In this document: in pieces, positions 30,039-38,968 of the stretch
Numbering within the stretch: position 1 is the stretch's first letter
Layout of the letters: each line of letters begins with the position of its first letter
NCBI GenBank assembly: GCA_965225945.1
Contig: CBDDBZ010000034.1
Span: 1-64,000 of the forward strand
Origin: Alphaproteobacteria bacterium
GTDB taxonomy: Bacteria; Pseudomonadota; Alphaproteobacteria; GCA-2731375
Direction: 5' to 3'
DNA length: 64,000 nt
Made by a program: the position numbers and the translations under genes
The notes under the pieces: generated by a model
The model's database searches: none
The model's input: only the letters and a program-made list of their open reading frames with translations
Told to the model about the DNA's origin: nothing

Positions 30039-31521
30039 ACGCTACCTGTCGAGCCTGACCGTGACGCAGGGCCGGCGCGCCGGCGAGCCGTTTGACGTGC
30101 TCGCATGGCAGCGCCGGTTCCTCGCCGGGGCGTTCGCCGAGGGCGTCCAGTCGGCGGCTTTGAGCGTGGCGAGGGGCAACGGCAAGACGGCGCTGCTGTC
30201 CGGCATTGCGGCGGCGACACTGGACGGGCCGCTTGCGGTGCCGCGAGGCGAGACCGTCATCGTGGCCAGCTCCTTCAGCCAAGCGCGGATCGCGTTCGAT
30301 CACGTCCGGGCGTTCATGGCCGAACAGCTCAAGGACCGGCACCGCTGGCGGATACAGGACACCGCGCAACAGGCGTCGATTGAGGACCGCGAGACCGGCG
30401 CCCGCGTCAAGGTGATCGGGAGCGACCCCAAGAGGGCGCACGGGCTGGCGCCGGTGCTGGTGCTGGCCGATGAGCCGGCACAGTGGCCGCCGTCGACCGG
30501 GGAGCGCATGGTGGCGGCGCTGCGGACCTCGGCGGGCAAGCAACCGCATTTCCGATTCGTCGCGATCGGCACGCGGCCGGCCGCTCATGACCATTGGTTC
30601 TCGCGGATGCTGGCGGGCGGCGCCGACTACGCCCAAGCGCACGCGGCCGGCGACGATGACCCGCCCTTTCAACGCCGGACCTGGAAACGCGCCAACCCGT
30701 CGCTCGATCACATGCCCGACCTGGAGGGGACCATCCGCAAGGAAGCGGACGAGGCGCGATCCGACGAAATGGCGTTTCCACAATTCCGGGCGCTGCGATT
30801 GAACGGCGGGACGAGCGATGCGGTCGAGGCGTTGTTGCTTGACCCGGAAACGTGGCGGCGGATCGAGGGCGACGCGAAGCCGCACGGGCCTTGTCTTTGG
30901 GGTGTTGACCTCGGGACCTCGGCGGCAATGTCGGCGATCGCGGCCCACTGGCCGGACACCGGGCGCCTGGAGGTGCTGGCGGCGTTCCCGCACGACCCGC
31001 CACTCTCCGAGCGTGGCTTGCGTGACGGCGTCGGGCGCCTGTACCTCGATTGTCACGACCGGGGCGAGCTGATCCTTGCTGGCGCCCGCGCCGTGGACAT
31101 AGGCCAACTGCTACGGGCGGCGCTGGAGCGCTTCGCCCCGCCCGTGGCGCTCGCGGCGGATCGCTGGCGCGAGCCCGAGTTGCGCGACGCGCTCGACAAG
31201 GCGGGCGTTCCGCCTGCCGCGCTCGTAACCCGAGGGCAAGGTTTCAAGGACGGCGCCGAGGACGTGCGCGAATTCCGCCGCGCCTGTCTTGAGGACAAGG
31301 TGACGCCGGCCCGGTCGCTCTTGCTGAGGTATGCGATCAGCGAGGCGAGGGTCGTCATGGACCCAAGCGCGAACGCCAAGCTCGCGAAATCGAGTGAGGG
31401 CGGACGCCGCGCCCGAGCCCGCGACGATGCGGCGGCGGCGGCGATCATGGCCGTTGCGCTCGGCGCCCGCGCGAGGAACGCACCACAGCGCCGGCCGCGC
31501 CGCCATGTGATCGCAGGATGA
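30025..31521 (+). CDS. terL: Terminase large subunit
   Basis: LAWQ, VARGNGKT Walker A, LVLADE Walker B, ANPSL, GVDLG and C-terminal DDA nuclease motifs. Confidence 0.9.
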   Translation: MTPLERYLSSLTVTQGRRAGEPFDVLAWQRRFLAGAFAEGVQSAALSVARGNGKTALLSGIAAATLDGPLAVPRGETVIVASSFSQARIAFDHVRAFMAEQLKDRHRWRIQDTAQQASIEDRETGARVKVIGSDPKRAHGLAPVLVLADEPAQWPPSTGERMVAALRTSAGKQPHFRFVAIGTRPAAHDHWFSRMLAGGADYAQAHAAGDDDPPFQRRTWKRANPSLDHMPDLEGTIRKEADEARSDEMAFPQFRALRLNGGTSDAVEALLLDPETWRRIEGDAKPHGPCLWGVDLGTSAAMSAIAAHWPDTGRLEVLAAFPHDPPLSERGLRDGVGRLYLDCHDRGELILAGARAVDIGQLLRAALERFAPPVALAADRWREPELRDALDKAGVPPAALVTRGQGFKDGAEDVREFRRACLEDKVTPARSLLLRYAISEARVVMDPSANAKLAKSSEGGRRARARDDAAAAAIMAVALGARARNAPQRRPRRHVIAG

Positions 31522-31808
31522 GCCGTCACCATGCGAGCCTCAATCAACGGCGGTGGAAGGCCGTACGCCGCGCCGTGTTCGACCGTGACGGCTGGCGTTG
31601 CCTTATGTGCGGCCGGCCGGGGCGCCTGGAATGCGATCACGTCACGCCGTTGCAGCGCGAGCCAGGGCAAGACCCATGGGACATGAACGGGCTCCAGACC
31701 CTTTGCAAAACCTGCCACCTGGAAAAGACCGCCCGCGAGAACGCCCGCGAGCTGGGGCCGCGCGCCGTGGCGTGGCGGGCGCTCGTGTCCGAAGTGATTA
31801 AAGATTGA
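31518..31808 (+). CDS. HNH endonuclease (terminase cofactor type)
   Basis: RDGWRCLMC...ECDHV...LQTLCKTCHLEKT. Confidence 0.92.
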   Translation: MSRHHASLNQRRWKAVRRAVFDRDGWRCLMCGRPGRLECDHVTPLQREPGQDPWDMNGLQTLCKTCHLEKTARENARELGPRAVAWRALVSEVIKD

Positions 31809-31871
31809 GCATTCCGGGGAAAGTGACTATATTATAGGCAACTAAGGCCTGACCCATTTGGAGTTGCTAAT

Positions 31872-33164
31872 ATGACCCCCGCCCAAACCAAGTTGCGCCA
31901 GCTCCGCGATCGCCAGTCAAAGGAGCGCGGACGGGTGGCCGAGCTGGCGGTTGCCGACGCGCTCACCGACGAAACGCGCGCCGAGCTGGACGCAATCGAG
32001 ACCGGCACCCCGGACCTTGAGCGCCAGTTGCGCGCCGCCACGTCGGCGGTCGAGGCCGAGGAAACCGAGCAGCGCGACGCGGCCACAACTGGCCACAAAG
32101 AGGGCCTGGACACCGAGGACCGCGAGCGCGCCGAGCTGCGCGACAAGGTGAAGCTCGGTGGCTACGTCGCGGCGGCAATCGAACAGCGGGCGGCGGTCGG
32201 TGCCGAGGCCGAATACAACGCGGCTGTCGGGCTCTCCGGAAACCGCTTTCCGCTGGAACTGTTGGCGCCGCCCGAACAGCGGGCCGCGCGCGTCGAGGAC
32301 CGGGCAGTTACGGGCGTCGACACCACGACGATGCCGCGCACATGGATTGATAGGCTGTTTGCCGGCACCGCGTCGCAGGCGGTCGGCGTCACGATGGAAA
32401 GCGTCCCGGTCGGCGCGTCCAGTCACCCCGTCACCACGGCGGGCGCGACGGCGGCGCAGCGCGGCAAATCGCAGGTCGCGGCCGATGCCGCCTGGACCAT
32501 CGGCGTCACCGAGTTGAAGCCGAAGCGAAACGCCGGCCGGTTATTGTTCAACATCGAAGACGCGGCGCGCATTCCAGGCCTGGAGTCGGCACTGACGCGC
32601 GATCTTCGGATGGCGCTCACCGAGGGCGTCGACCGGGCGATCTTCCTCGGCGACGATACCGCAAACCCGAATACCGGCGATATCGTCGGGCTCACCACGG
32701 CGGCCGGGCTGGTGGAGAAAAGCATCACGCAGGCGAACAAGATCAAGGGATCGAACGTGCTGCAAGTGTTCGCCGAGCTGATCGACGGCAAGGCCGCGAT
32801 GATGCCGGGCGACCTCAAGGCCGTGCTCTCGGTCGGCGCCAATACCCTGTGGTCGCACACCCTGGCGAACACCGGCGCCAGCGTCGATACGACCATTGCC
32901 GAATTTCTGCGGCGCTTCGGGCTTAACTGGCTGACGCGCGGCGAAATCGAGACCGCCACGGCCGCCGGTGACTTCGGCGCGTTCGTCGGGCTCGGGCGCG
33001 GGCTGGACGGCTCCGGCGTCGCGGCGCTTTGGAGTGCCGGAGAACTTATACGAGATCCGTACACCGAGGCCGCGAAAGGCGAAGTGGCGCTAACCCTCTG
33101 CTATCTGTGGGACTTCGGCTTACCAAGGGCAGCGAATTTCGCGCGCGTGACGTTCGCGGCCTGA
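31872..33164 (+). CDS. HK97-fold major capsid protein with N-terminal coiled-coil scaffold domain
   Basis: Coiled-coil N-terminus; VDRAIFLGD and LIRDPYTEAAKGEVAL motifs. Confidence 0.82.
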   Translation: MTPAQTKLRQLRDRQSKERGRVAELAVADALTDETRAELDAIETGTPDLERQLRAATSAVEAEETEQRDAATTGHKEGLDTEDRERAELRDKVKLGGYVAAAIEQRAAVGAEAEYNAAVGLSGNRFPLELLAPPEQRAARVEDRAVTGVDTTTMPRTWIDRLFAGTASQAVGVTMESVPVGASSHPVTTAGATAAQRGKSQVAADAAWTIGVTELKPKRNAGRLLFNIEDAARIPGLESALTRDLRMALTEGVDRAIFLGDDTANPNTGDIVGLTTAAGLVEKSITQANKIKGSNVLQVFAELIDGKAAMMPGDLKAVLSVGANTLWSHTLANTGASVDTTIAEFLRRFGLNWLTRGEIETATAAGDFGAFVGLGRGLDGSGVAALWSAGELIRDPYTEAAKGEVALTLCYLWDFGLPRAANFARVTFAA

Positions 33165-33167
33165 CCC

Positions 33168-33644
33168 ATGGCCGAAGTCGAACGCCGCGCGGCGCTCGGC
33201 GAAATCCGAGTAGAGGGCCGCAAGCTCACTGGCACCGTCATGCGCTACGGCGAGGTGTCACCGAGCCACAAAGAGCGGTTTGAGCCAGGATCGCTCCGCA
33301 TGGCCGATGCCGTCCACCTGGACCTGGACCACGACCGCGAGCGAGCCGTGGCGTGGCACCCTGGCGGCGGCCTCGAGCTACGCGACGAAGACGGGGCGAT
33401 GATCCTTTCCGCCGAGCTGCCGCCTATCCCGGCCGCCGATCGCGCCCTAGAGGAAATCCGCGCCGGCAAGGTGACGGGCCTATCGGTCGAATTCCAGGCC
33501 GTGAAGGAGTCGCGCGTCGGCGGCGTGCGCGTGATCGAGGAAGCGTTGCTAACGGGCGTCGGGATCGTCGCGCGGCCTTCCTATGAGGGCGCGCGGATCG
33601 AGGCACGAACGCGCAAGCATGGAAGGTTCCCAAAGTGGCTTTGA
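33168..33644 (+). CDS. HK97-family prohead protease
   Basis: ERFEPG, DHDR, GLSVEF and GIVARPSY motifs. Confidence 0.88.
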   Translation: MAEVERRAALGEIRVEGRKLTGTVMRYGEVSPSHKERFEPGSLRMADAVHLDLDHDRERAVAWHPGGGLELRDEDGAMILSAELPPIPAADRALEEIRAGKVTGLSVEFQAVKESRVGGVRVIEEALLTGVGIVARPSYEGARIEARTRKHGRFPKWL

Positions 33645-34408
33645 CAGAACCGGAACTAGCGGAGCTGACCTCTACGGTCGCGGCGAGGATCGCCGGAACC
33701 GTGCTCGGCCGCGATGTGTTGCTGGGCGGATCGGTCGAAATGGAAATTGCCGGGGCCGCCGTGATCTTCTGTTGCGATGTCGCGCCGGACGCGCCCGCGG
33801 CGATCTTGCGCGAGGCGTCAATAAGGCTCGCGGGTTGGATCTATGGGAACAGGCCGCACGTCGTCGAACACGAATTCACTGACCCAACCGGCTCCACCAT
33901 AAAGCTCCGCTTCAACAATTCGGCCGCGACCGCCAACGGTTTCCGGTCGAGCGGCGCGTCGGCGCTACTGTCGCGCTACATGAAGCGCCGGGGCGGCGTG
34001 ATAGGTGGACCGTCCGAGCGCGTGACGGGCTCGGTTGCCACCCCGGTATCGGATATTGGTACGACCGTTATGAGACTCGGTTTCGCGGCGCCGTTGCCTT
34101 TCATGGACGATGGTTTTAGATGGATCGGAACGGCGAACGGAGTCGAGATCGATACCGCCCATTCGGAACCGGCGGCCTTTGGTTTCTGGCTTCCGGGGAA
34201 CGTCATGGATCGGGTTGTCGAGGTCGTGCTATTGCGCTCGGTTCGATTTAGCCTATCGCCGGACGTGGTAAATCTCGCCGCCTTCGGCCCGGCCATCGAA
34301 TACAAATTCGGCGATACCGCCGGGATGCTCCGGCATACGGCAGTCACGTTTGACGGCAATTTCAGTTTGCCGAACGACTTTCGCGCGGTCCTGGGCGAGC
34401 CACGCTGA
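33635..34408 (+). CDS. Putative head-tail connector with a ~130-aa C-terminal extension
   Basis: APDAPAAILREASIRLAGWIY...SGASALLSRY resembles gp6/gp15-type connectors. Confidence 0.55.
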   Translation: MALTEPELAELTSTVAARIAGTVLGRDVLLGGSVEMEIAGAAVIFCCDVAPDAPAAILREASIRLAGWIYGNRPHVVEHEFTDPTGSTIKLRFNNSAATANGFRSSGASALLSRYMKRRGGVIGGPSERVTGSVATPVSDIGTTVMRLGFAAPLPFMDDGFRWIGTANGVEIDTAHSEPAAFGFWLPGNVMDRVVEVVLLRSVRFSLSPDVVNLAAFGPAIEYKFGDTAGMLRHTAVTFDGNFSLPNDFRAVLGEPR

Positions 34409-35478
34409 TGTGGCCGTTCTCGCGCCGCACCGAGGACCGCCAAGCGACGGGCGGTTATACCGGCGCCATCACGGCGCTGATCGGGGCGGCAGCGGCCGGG
34501 ACGCAACAAGCATCGGCGACGGCGGCGACCGAGGCCGTCGCGGGCGCACTCTCACGGGCTTTCGCCGACGCGCGCGTTGACGGGCCGGCCGATATAGTAG
34601 CGGCAATCACGCCGCGCACACTCGCGCAAGTCGGCCGCGACCTGGTGCGCGCCGGCGAATCCTTGCACGTCATCCGCATGAGCGGCGGGCGCTTGCGCTT
34701 GTTCCCCGCGAGTACCTGGTATTGGGAAGGCGGCGCGGACCCGGCCGACTGGATTGTCACCGCCACGGTTTACGGACCCTCCGGCAGCTCGACGTGGCGC
34801 TTGCCGCAATCATCCGTTGTGTTCGCCACCTGGGGCTCACCGACCGCCCGACCCTACCACGGTATCGGTCCTGGGGCCTGGGCGGCGGACACTTCCCGGC
34901 TGGTGGCGAACGCCGAGCGATCCCTGGCAAACGAAGCCGGCGGGCCGGTCGCCCAGCTCTTGCCGGTCCCGCAAGACGGTGGCGACGGCGGCGAGGACGG
35001 CACGGACCCGCTTAGCGGGCTCAAATCCGATATCAAAGACGCGAAGGGCTCGGCGTTGCTCGTGGAAACCACAAGCGGCGGATGGGGCGAGGGCGCTGTC
35101 AACGCACCGCGGTCTGACTGGAAACAAGCGCGCCTGGGGCCGATGCCCCCCGAGGCGATGGTCAAGCTTGCGGAGTCCGCCTTCGCGCGGTCGCTCGCGG
35201 CGGCCGGTTGCTCGCCTTCCCTGTTCAACGACGCGGACGGCACGTCAAAGCGCGAGGCGCTGCGGCAATGGCATATGGGCGTCGTGCGCCCGCTCGCGAC
35301 GATGTTGGAGCATGAGCTGACGGAGAAATTCGGCGTGCCGGTCAAGCTGAAATTCGACAACTATCCGATGGACATGGTTTCGCGGGCGCAGGTTTTTTCG
35401 AAGCTCGCCGCTGTCGAGGGCGTGTCGCCCGAAATGGCGCTGGCGTTTGCTCAAATAGGCGATGGCGATGGCGACTGA
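34408..35478 (+). CDS. Phage portal protein
   Basis: MWPFSRRTEDR start; DLVRAGES, VVRPLATMLEHELTEKF; size and context fit. Confidence 0.78.
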   Translation: MWPFSRRTEDRQATGGYTGAITALIGAAAAGTQQASATAATEAVAGALSRAFADARVDGPADIVAAITPRTLAQVGRDLVRAGESLHVIRMSGGRLRLFPASTWYWEGGADPADWIVTATVYGPSGSSTWRLPQSSVVFATWGSPTARPYHGIGPGAWAADTSRLVANAERSLANEAGGPVAQLLPVPQDGGDGGEDGTDPLSGLKSDIKDAKGSALLVETTSGGWGEGAVNAPRSDWKQARLGPMPPEAMVKLAESAFARSLAAAGCSPSLFNDADGTSKREALRQWHMGVVRPLATMLEHELTEKFGVPVKLKFDNYPMDMVSRAQVFSKLAAVEGVSPEMALAFAQIGDGDGD

Positions 35479-35851
35479 TCCGGTTATTTCATATGCCGGC
35501 CCGGAGTCCACCTCATTCGAGGTGCTGGTGATGCTGTACATCGGCGAGGCCGTCAGAGTGCGGGGCGTGCTGAGAAACTTCGACACCTCGGCGGGCGAGG
35601 CCTCCGCACCCTTCGCCGATGCCGGGTCGGTTCTCTGGATCAGCTATAACAACGAACCAGGGCAAATCGAATTCGTGGAATACGTCGAGCCAGCGACCGA
35701 GCGACGCCTGCACCGTCGCGTCACCAAGCGCGAGCGCACCTCGGGCAACTTCAACACGGTCAAGCTCCACCTCTCGGCGGAAGAAGTGGTGATTGCACAG
35801 CGCGGCATGTTCTCCGGGGCGGACTTCAGTAGCGAGGACTTCGCAACGTGA
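35462..35851 (+). CDS. Putative head-closure/adaptor protein
   Basis: ~127-aa beta-rich ORF coupled to portal; assigned by position only. Confidence 0.4.
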   Translation: MAMATDPVISYAGPESTSFEVLVMLYIGEAVRVRGVLRNFDTSAGEASAPFADAGSVLWISYNNEPGQIEFVEYVEPATERRLHRRVTKRERTSGNFNTVKLHLSAEEVVIAQRGMFSGADFSSEDFAT

Positions 35852-36408
35852 CGGGGATAGTCATATCGAGCCGGGATGCCGAGCGGATCGCGCGTGCCTT
35901 CAACGACCTGATCGGGCCGAAAGGGCTTGACCGAATTAGGCGCAAGGCCGTCAACGAGGTCGGCGCCAGGGTGCGGAAGCAAACCCGCATCATCGGGCCG
36001 GAGATTTACAACACCTCACAGGCGTCGCTGAAGGTGCAGGGCAAGGCCGCTTCGCCGGGCTCAGATAACCCGAGCTATCGCCTATCCATGGCGGCGACGA
36101 TCCCCGTGTCGAAGTTGCGGGCGCGGGCTCGCAAGGTCACCCGAAGGCGTGGTCGCGCGTCGCTGTCGATCCTGCTCCCCAACGGTGACAAGATCGCCTT
36201 CCGCAGCGTGCGGCGCGAAGGGTCGATCTTCCACCTGCTCCAGGCCGGGCCGTTGGCGGAAAGATCGCTCGGCGGCGTCTTCACCAACCCCAGGACCGCC
36301 TTCGAGCGTCACCCCGAGCTGGTGACGCTCCGCCGGGATGCCGAACAGGAACTCGCCGAGGCCGTCGCGACGCAAATCACCGCCCACCTGAAGGGACGAA
36401 GACGTTGA
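35848..36408 (+). CDS. Putative tail-completion/neck protein
   Basis: Basic 186-aa protein (RKAVNEVGARVRKQ); located before the terminator-like gene. Confidence 0.45.
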   Translation: MTGIVISSRDAERIARAFNDLIGPKGLDRIRRKAVNEVGARVRKQTRIIGPEIYNTSQASLKVQGKAASPGSDNPSYRLSMAATIPVSKLRARARKVTRRRGRASLSILLPNGDKIAFRSVRREGSIFHLLQAGPLAERSLGGVFTNPRTAFERHPELVTLRRDAEQELAEAVATQITAHLKGRRR

Positions 36409-36980
36409 CACAGATTTCAATGACCGACGACGCAATCATCCGGCTGTTGGATAGTTGCGCCTTTCCTGGCGTCACCATCCTGTCGGCGCCGCACGCATGG
36501 GATGGCGGATTCGTGCAAAGGCTGATCCCGCAAACGCCAGCCATCTTGATCAGCTTCCTCGGCGCCGACGATCCAGACTCGAAGCTCACCGAATTAAACC
36601 TCGATGGCCGATGGGGTTGCTACGTTGTCGTCGGCTGGCATGGCGTGGACCAGAAGGCGCGGCGCCTCGGCGCGGGCGCCGGCTTCGACCTCATGCACCG
36701 CGCGGCGGCGGCGCTTCACAACGAGACTTTGCTGGAGGAAAACGGCGAGAGGCTTCCGCAGGCGCGGGTCGACGGGCTGCAAGTGCTGGCCGATTCGTCG
36801 ACCGACCTCGCAAATCTGTGGATCGGCGAGATTTCCGTCGTGGTCGAACTGCCGTTGCCGCTGCTGGAGGGTGACGCCTGCTTTGGGCCGCTCGACAATT
36901 TCTTGCGCGTGCGCGGCGATCTTGTCGTGAGTGACGAAGCCGACGACATCGAGATCGCCGTGGACCTCCCGCAGACGTAG
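36405..36980 (+). CDS. DUF1834/Mu gp37-like putative tail terminator
   Basis: PAILISFLG...RWGCYVVVG...ARRLG...FDLMHRAAAALHN pattern. Confidence 0.55.
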   Translation: MTQISMTDDAIIRLLDSCAFPGVTILSAPHAWDGGFVQRLIPQTPAILISFLGADDPDSKLTELNLDGRWGCYVVVGWHGVDQKARRLGAGAGFDLMHRAAAALHNETLLEENGERLPQARVDGLQVLADSSTDLANLWIGEISVVVELPLPLLEGDACFGPLDNFLRVRGDLVVSDEADDIEIAVDLPQT

Positions 36981-37159
36981 CGACGATGGCGGGAGCATGG
37001 CCGCGTAAATTCGGCCGCGCCGGACAGACCTCCCCGGCACATATCCCCCACCCCGGAACGCTCTTGCGCATCCTGAGCCTTCCTAGGGGCTTTGGCGACA
37101 TATTGGCGACATGCTTGAAATCCCGTGTCGCTGAATTCTCCCTAAGTCCTTGATTTAAT

Positions 37160-37235
<76 letters not shown>

Positions 37236-37468
37236 GCCGGGGGCGGCATATAGCAGAGCCCGACCGCCATGTCGATGCCTCATCGCTGCGCCGAGCCCCC
37301 GCGCCGGGGATCATGGTGGCACAGCGCCACGAGGCAACATGCCACCGATGCCTCACCGGGGAATATCGGGCCGAGTGGCCCGATCGAGTTTGATAAAATT
37401 GGCGCTTTTCATCAGGCCAAATCCGAGGTAGTCGTCGCCCCTTCGAGAGCCGAACCCGCGAGGCCGGA

Positions 37469-38197
37469 ATGAGGGCGATGGACGTCAGAATGAATGAATT
37501 GGGACAGCCGATCGGCTCGGCCCTGGCGGCTTGGACGGCGGCGGCGAGGCCGCCCCGGACAGTGATGGAGGGGCGCTTCTGCCGGCTCGAGCCGGTCGAC
37601 CTCGAGGCCCACGCCTCCGCCCTCTTCGCCGCCTTCCGCGAGGACCGGGAGGGCCGGATCTGGACCTATCTCGCCTACGGCCCCTTCGAGCGCGAGGCCG
37701 ACTTTCGCGCCTGGATGAGGGCGGCCTGCCTGGGCGAGGATCCGCTGTTCCACGCCATCGTCGAGCAGCGGAGCGGCCGGGCGCTCGGCGTCGCCAGCCT
37801 GCTCCGGATCGAGCCCGGCACCGGCGTCATCGAGGTCGGCCACATCAACTACGGGCCCCGCCTGCAACGGACGGCGGCGGCGACGGAGGCGATGTATCTA
37901 CTGATGCGCCGCGTCTTCGCCGAGCTCGGCTACCGGCGCTACGAATGGAAGTGCGATGCCCTGAACGCGGGCTCGCGCCGCGCGGCGGAGCGGCTCGGCT
38001 TCCGCCCCGAGGGCCTGTTTCGCCAGGCGACGATGTACAAGGGCCGCAACCGCGACACCGCCTGGTTCTCGATCCTCGACGGCGAATGGCCGGGGCTGGA
38101 GGCGGCTTACGAGGAATGGCTGGATGGGGCCAACTTCGACGCCGAGGGACGCCAGAAGGCGAGCCTGGGGGCGCTGATCGAACGACACCGGGCATGA
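37469..38197 (+). CDS. GNAT (RimJ/RimL-like) acetyltransferase
   Basis: IEVGHI, LGYRRYEWKCDALN and KGRNRDTAWFS motifs. Confidence 0.92.
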   Translation: MRAMDVRMNELGQPIGSALAAWTAAARPPRTVMEGRFCRLEPVDLEAHASALFAAFREDREGRIWTYLAYGPFEREADFRAWMRAACLGEDPLFHAIVEQRSGRALGVASLLRIEPGTGVIEVGHINYGPRLQRTAAATEAMYLLMRRVFAELGYRRYEWKCDALNAGSRRAAERLGFRPEGLFRQATMYKGRNRDTAWFSILDGEWPGLEAAYEEWLDGANFDAEGRQKASLGALIERHRA

Positions 38198-38358
38198 TCA
38201 TCCGGCCCGCCGGGCGCTCCGGTGGTATCGGCCGGCGGCTGACGGAAGTCGTTGCCCGGAAGCTCTCGGGCCGGGGCGAGACGCGCGCTCGCCGGAACCG
38301 CCGTCGGCGGTCCGCTTGAAGGCCGGCCTGATCCACGCTAAATAAAGAGCGTTCGAAT

Positions 38359-38785
38359 TTGAACGGGAGTGAACGCGAGGGCGTCAGCGCGCGGAAAAGC
38401 GCGAAACCGGTGATCATCCACAAGGTCAAGGACGGTGCCACGACGATGCTGGTCCGCAGCACCGGCTCGTCGACGACGACCAGCCCGGCGCAAAGCGCCC
38501 GTTGGCAGCACTGTGTCGGCCTGTGGACCCTGAACGCGGACAAGTCGGGTTCCGGCTCCGGCAACTGCTATTCGCTCGACGGTGACGGCGATCAATGGAC
38601 CGTTTCCTGGGAAGGCACCAATGCCGGCTTCCTGGGAAGGCACCAATGCCGGCGGGACCTGGGCGCAGGTGAGCGGCACGGGAAAATACGCCAATCGCAC
38701 CGGCGCCAAGGGCAACTGGAAGCCCGGCACGCGCTTCGCCGACGGCATGGGGCTCACGCTGTGGGACGGCGACTGCGGCGACTGA
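38359..38785 (+). pseudogene. Hypothetical beta-rich protein frameshifted by a 25-bp tandem duplication (38604-38653)
   Basis: TTCCTGGGAAGGCACCAATGCCGGC x2; removing one copy joins the two ORFs. Confidence 0.7.
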
Positions 38786-38968
38786 GACTCCCGGCGGCGG
38801 CGCGTCGGAGCCGAAAACCCGGGAACCGAAATCCCTGGCGAAGACTTCGAGGTCGGATCATGGTGGTGCTCGGTCTCGGGGCCGCGGGTGGTTCCGTCAA
38901 GTCGGACAATGCTAGGCTCCGATCCCGGGGTTGTTCGAACCGTTGACGCGCCGAGACGGGAGTTGTCC

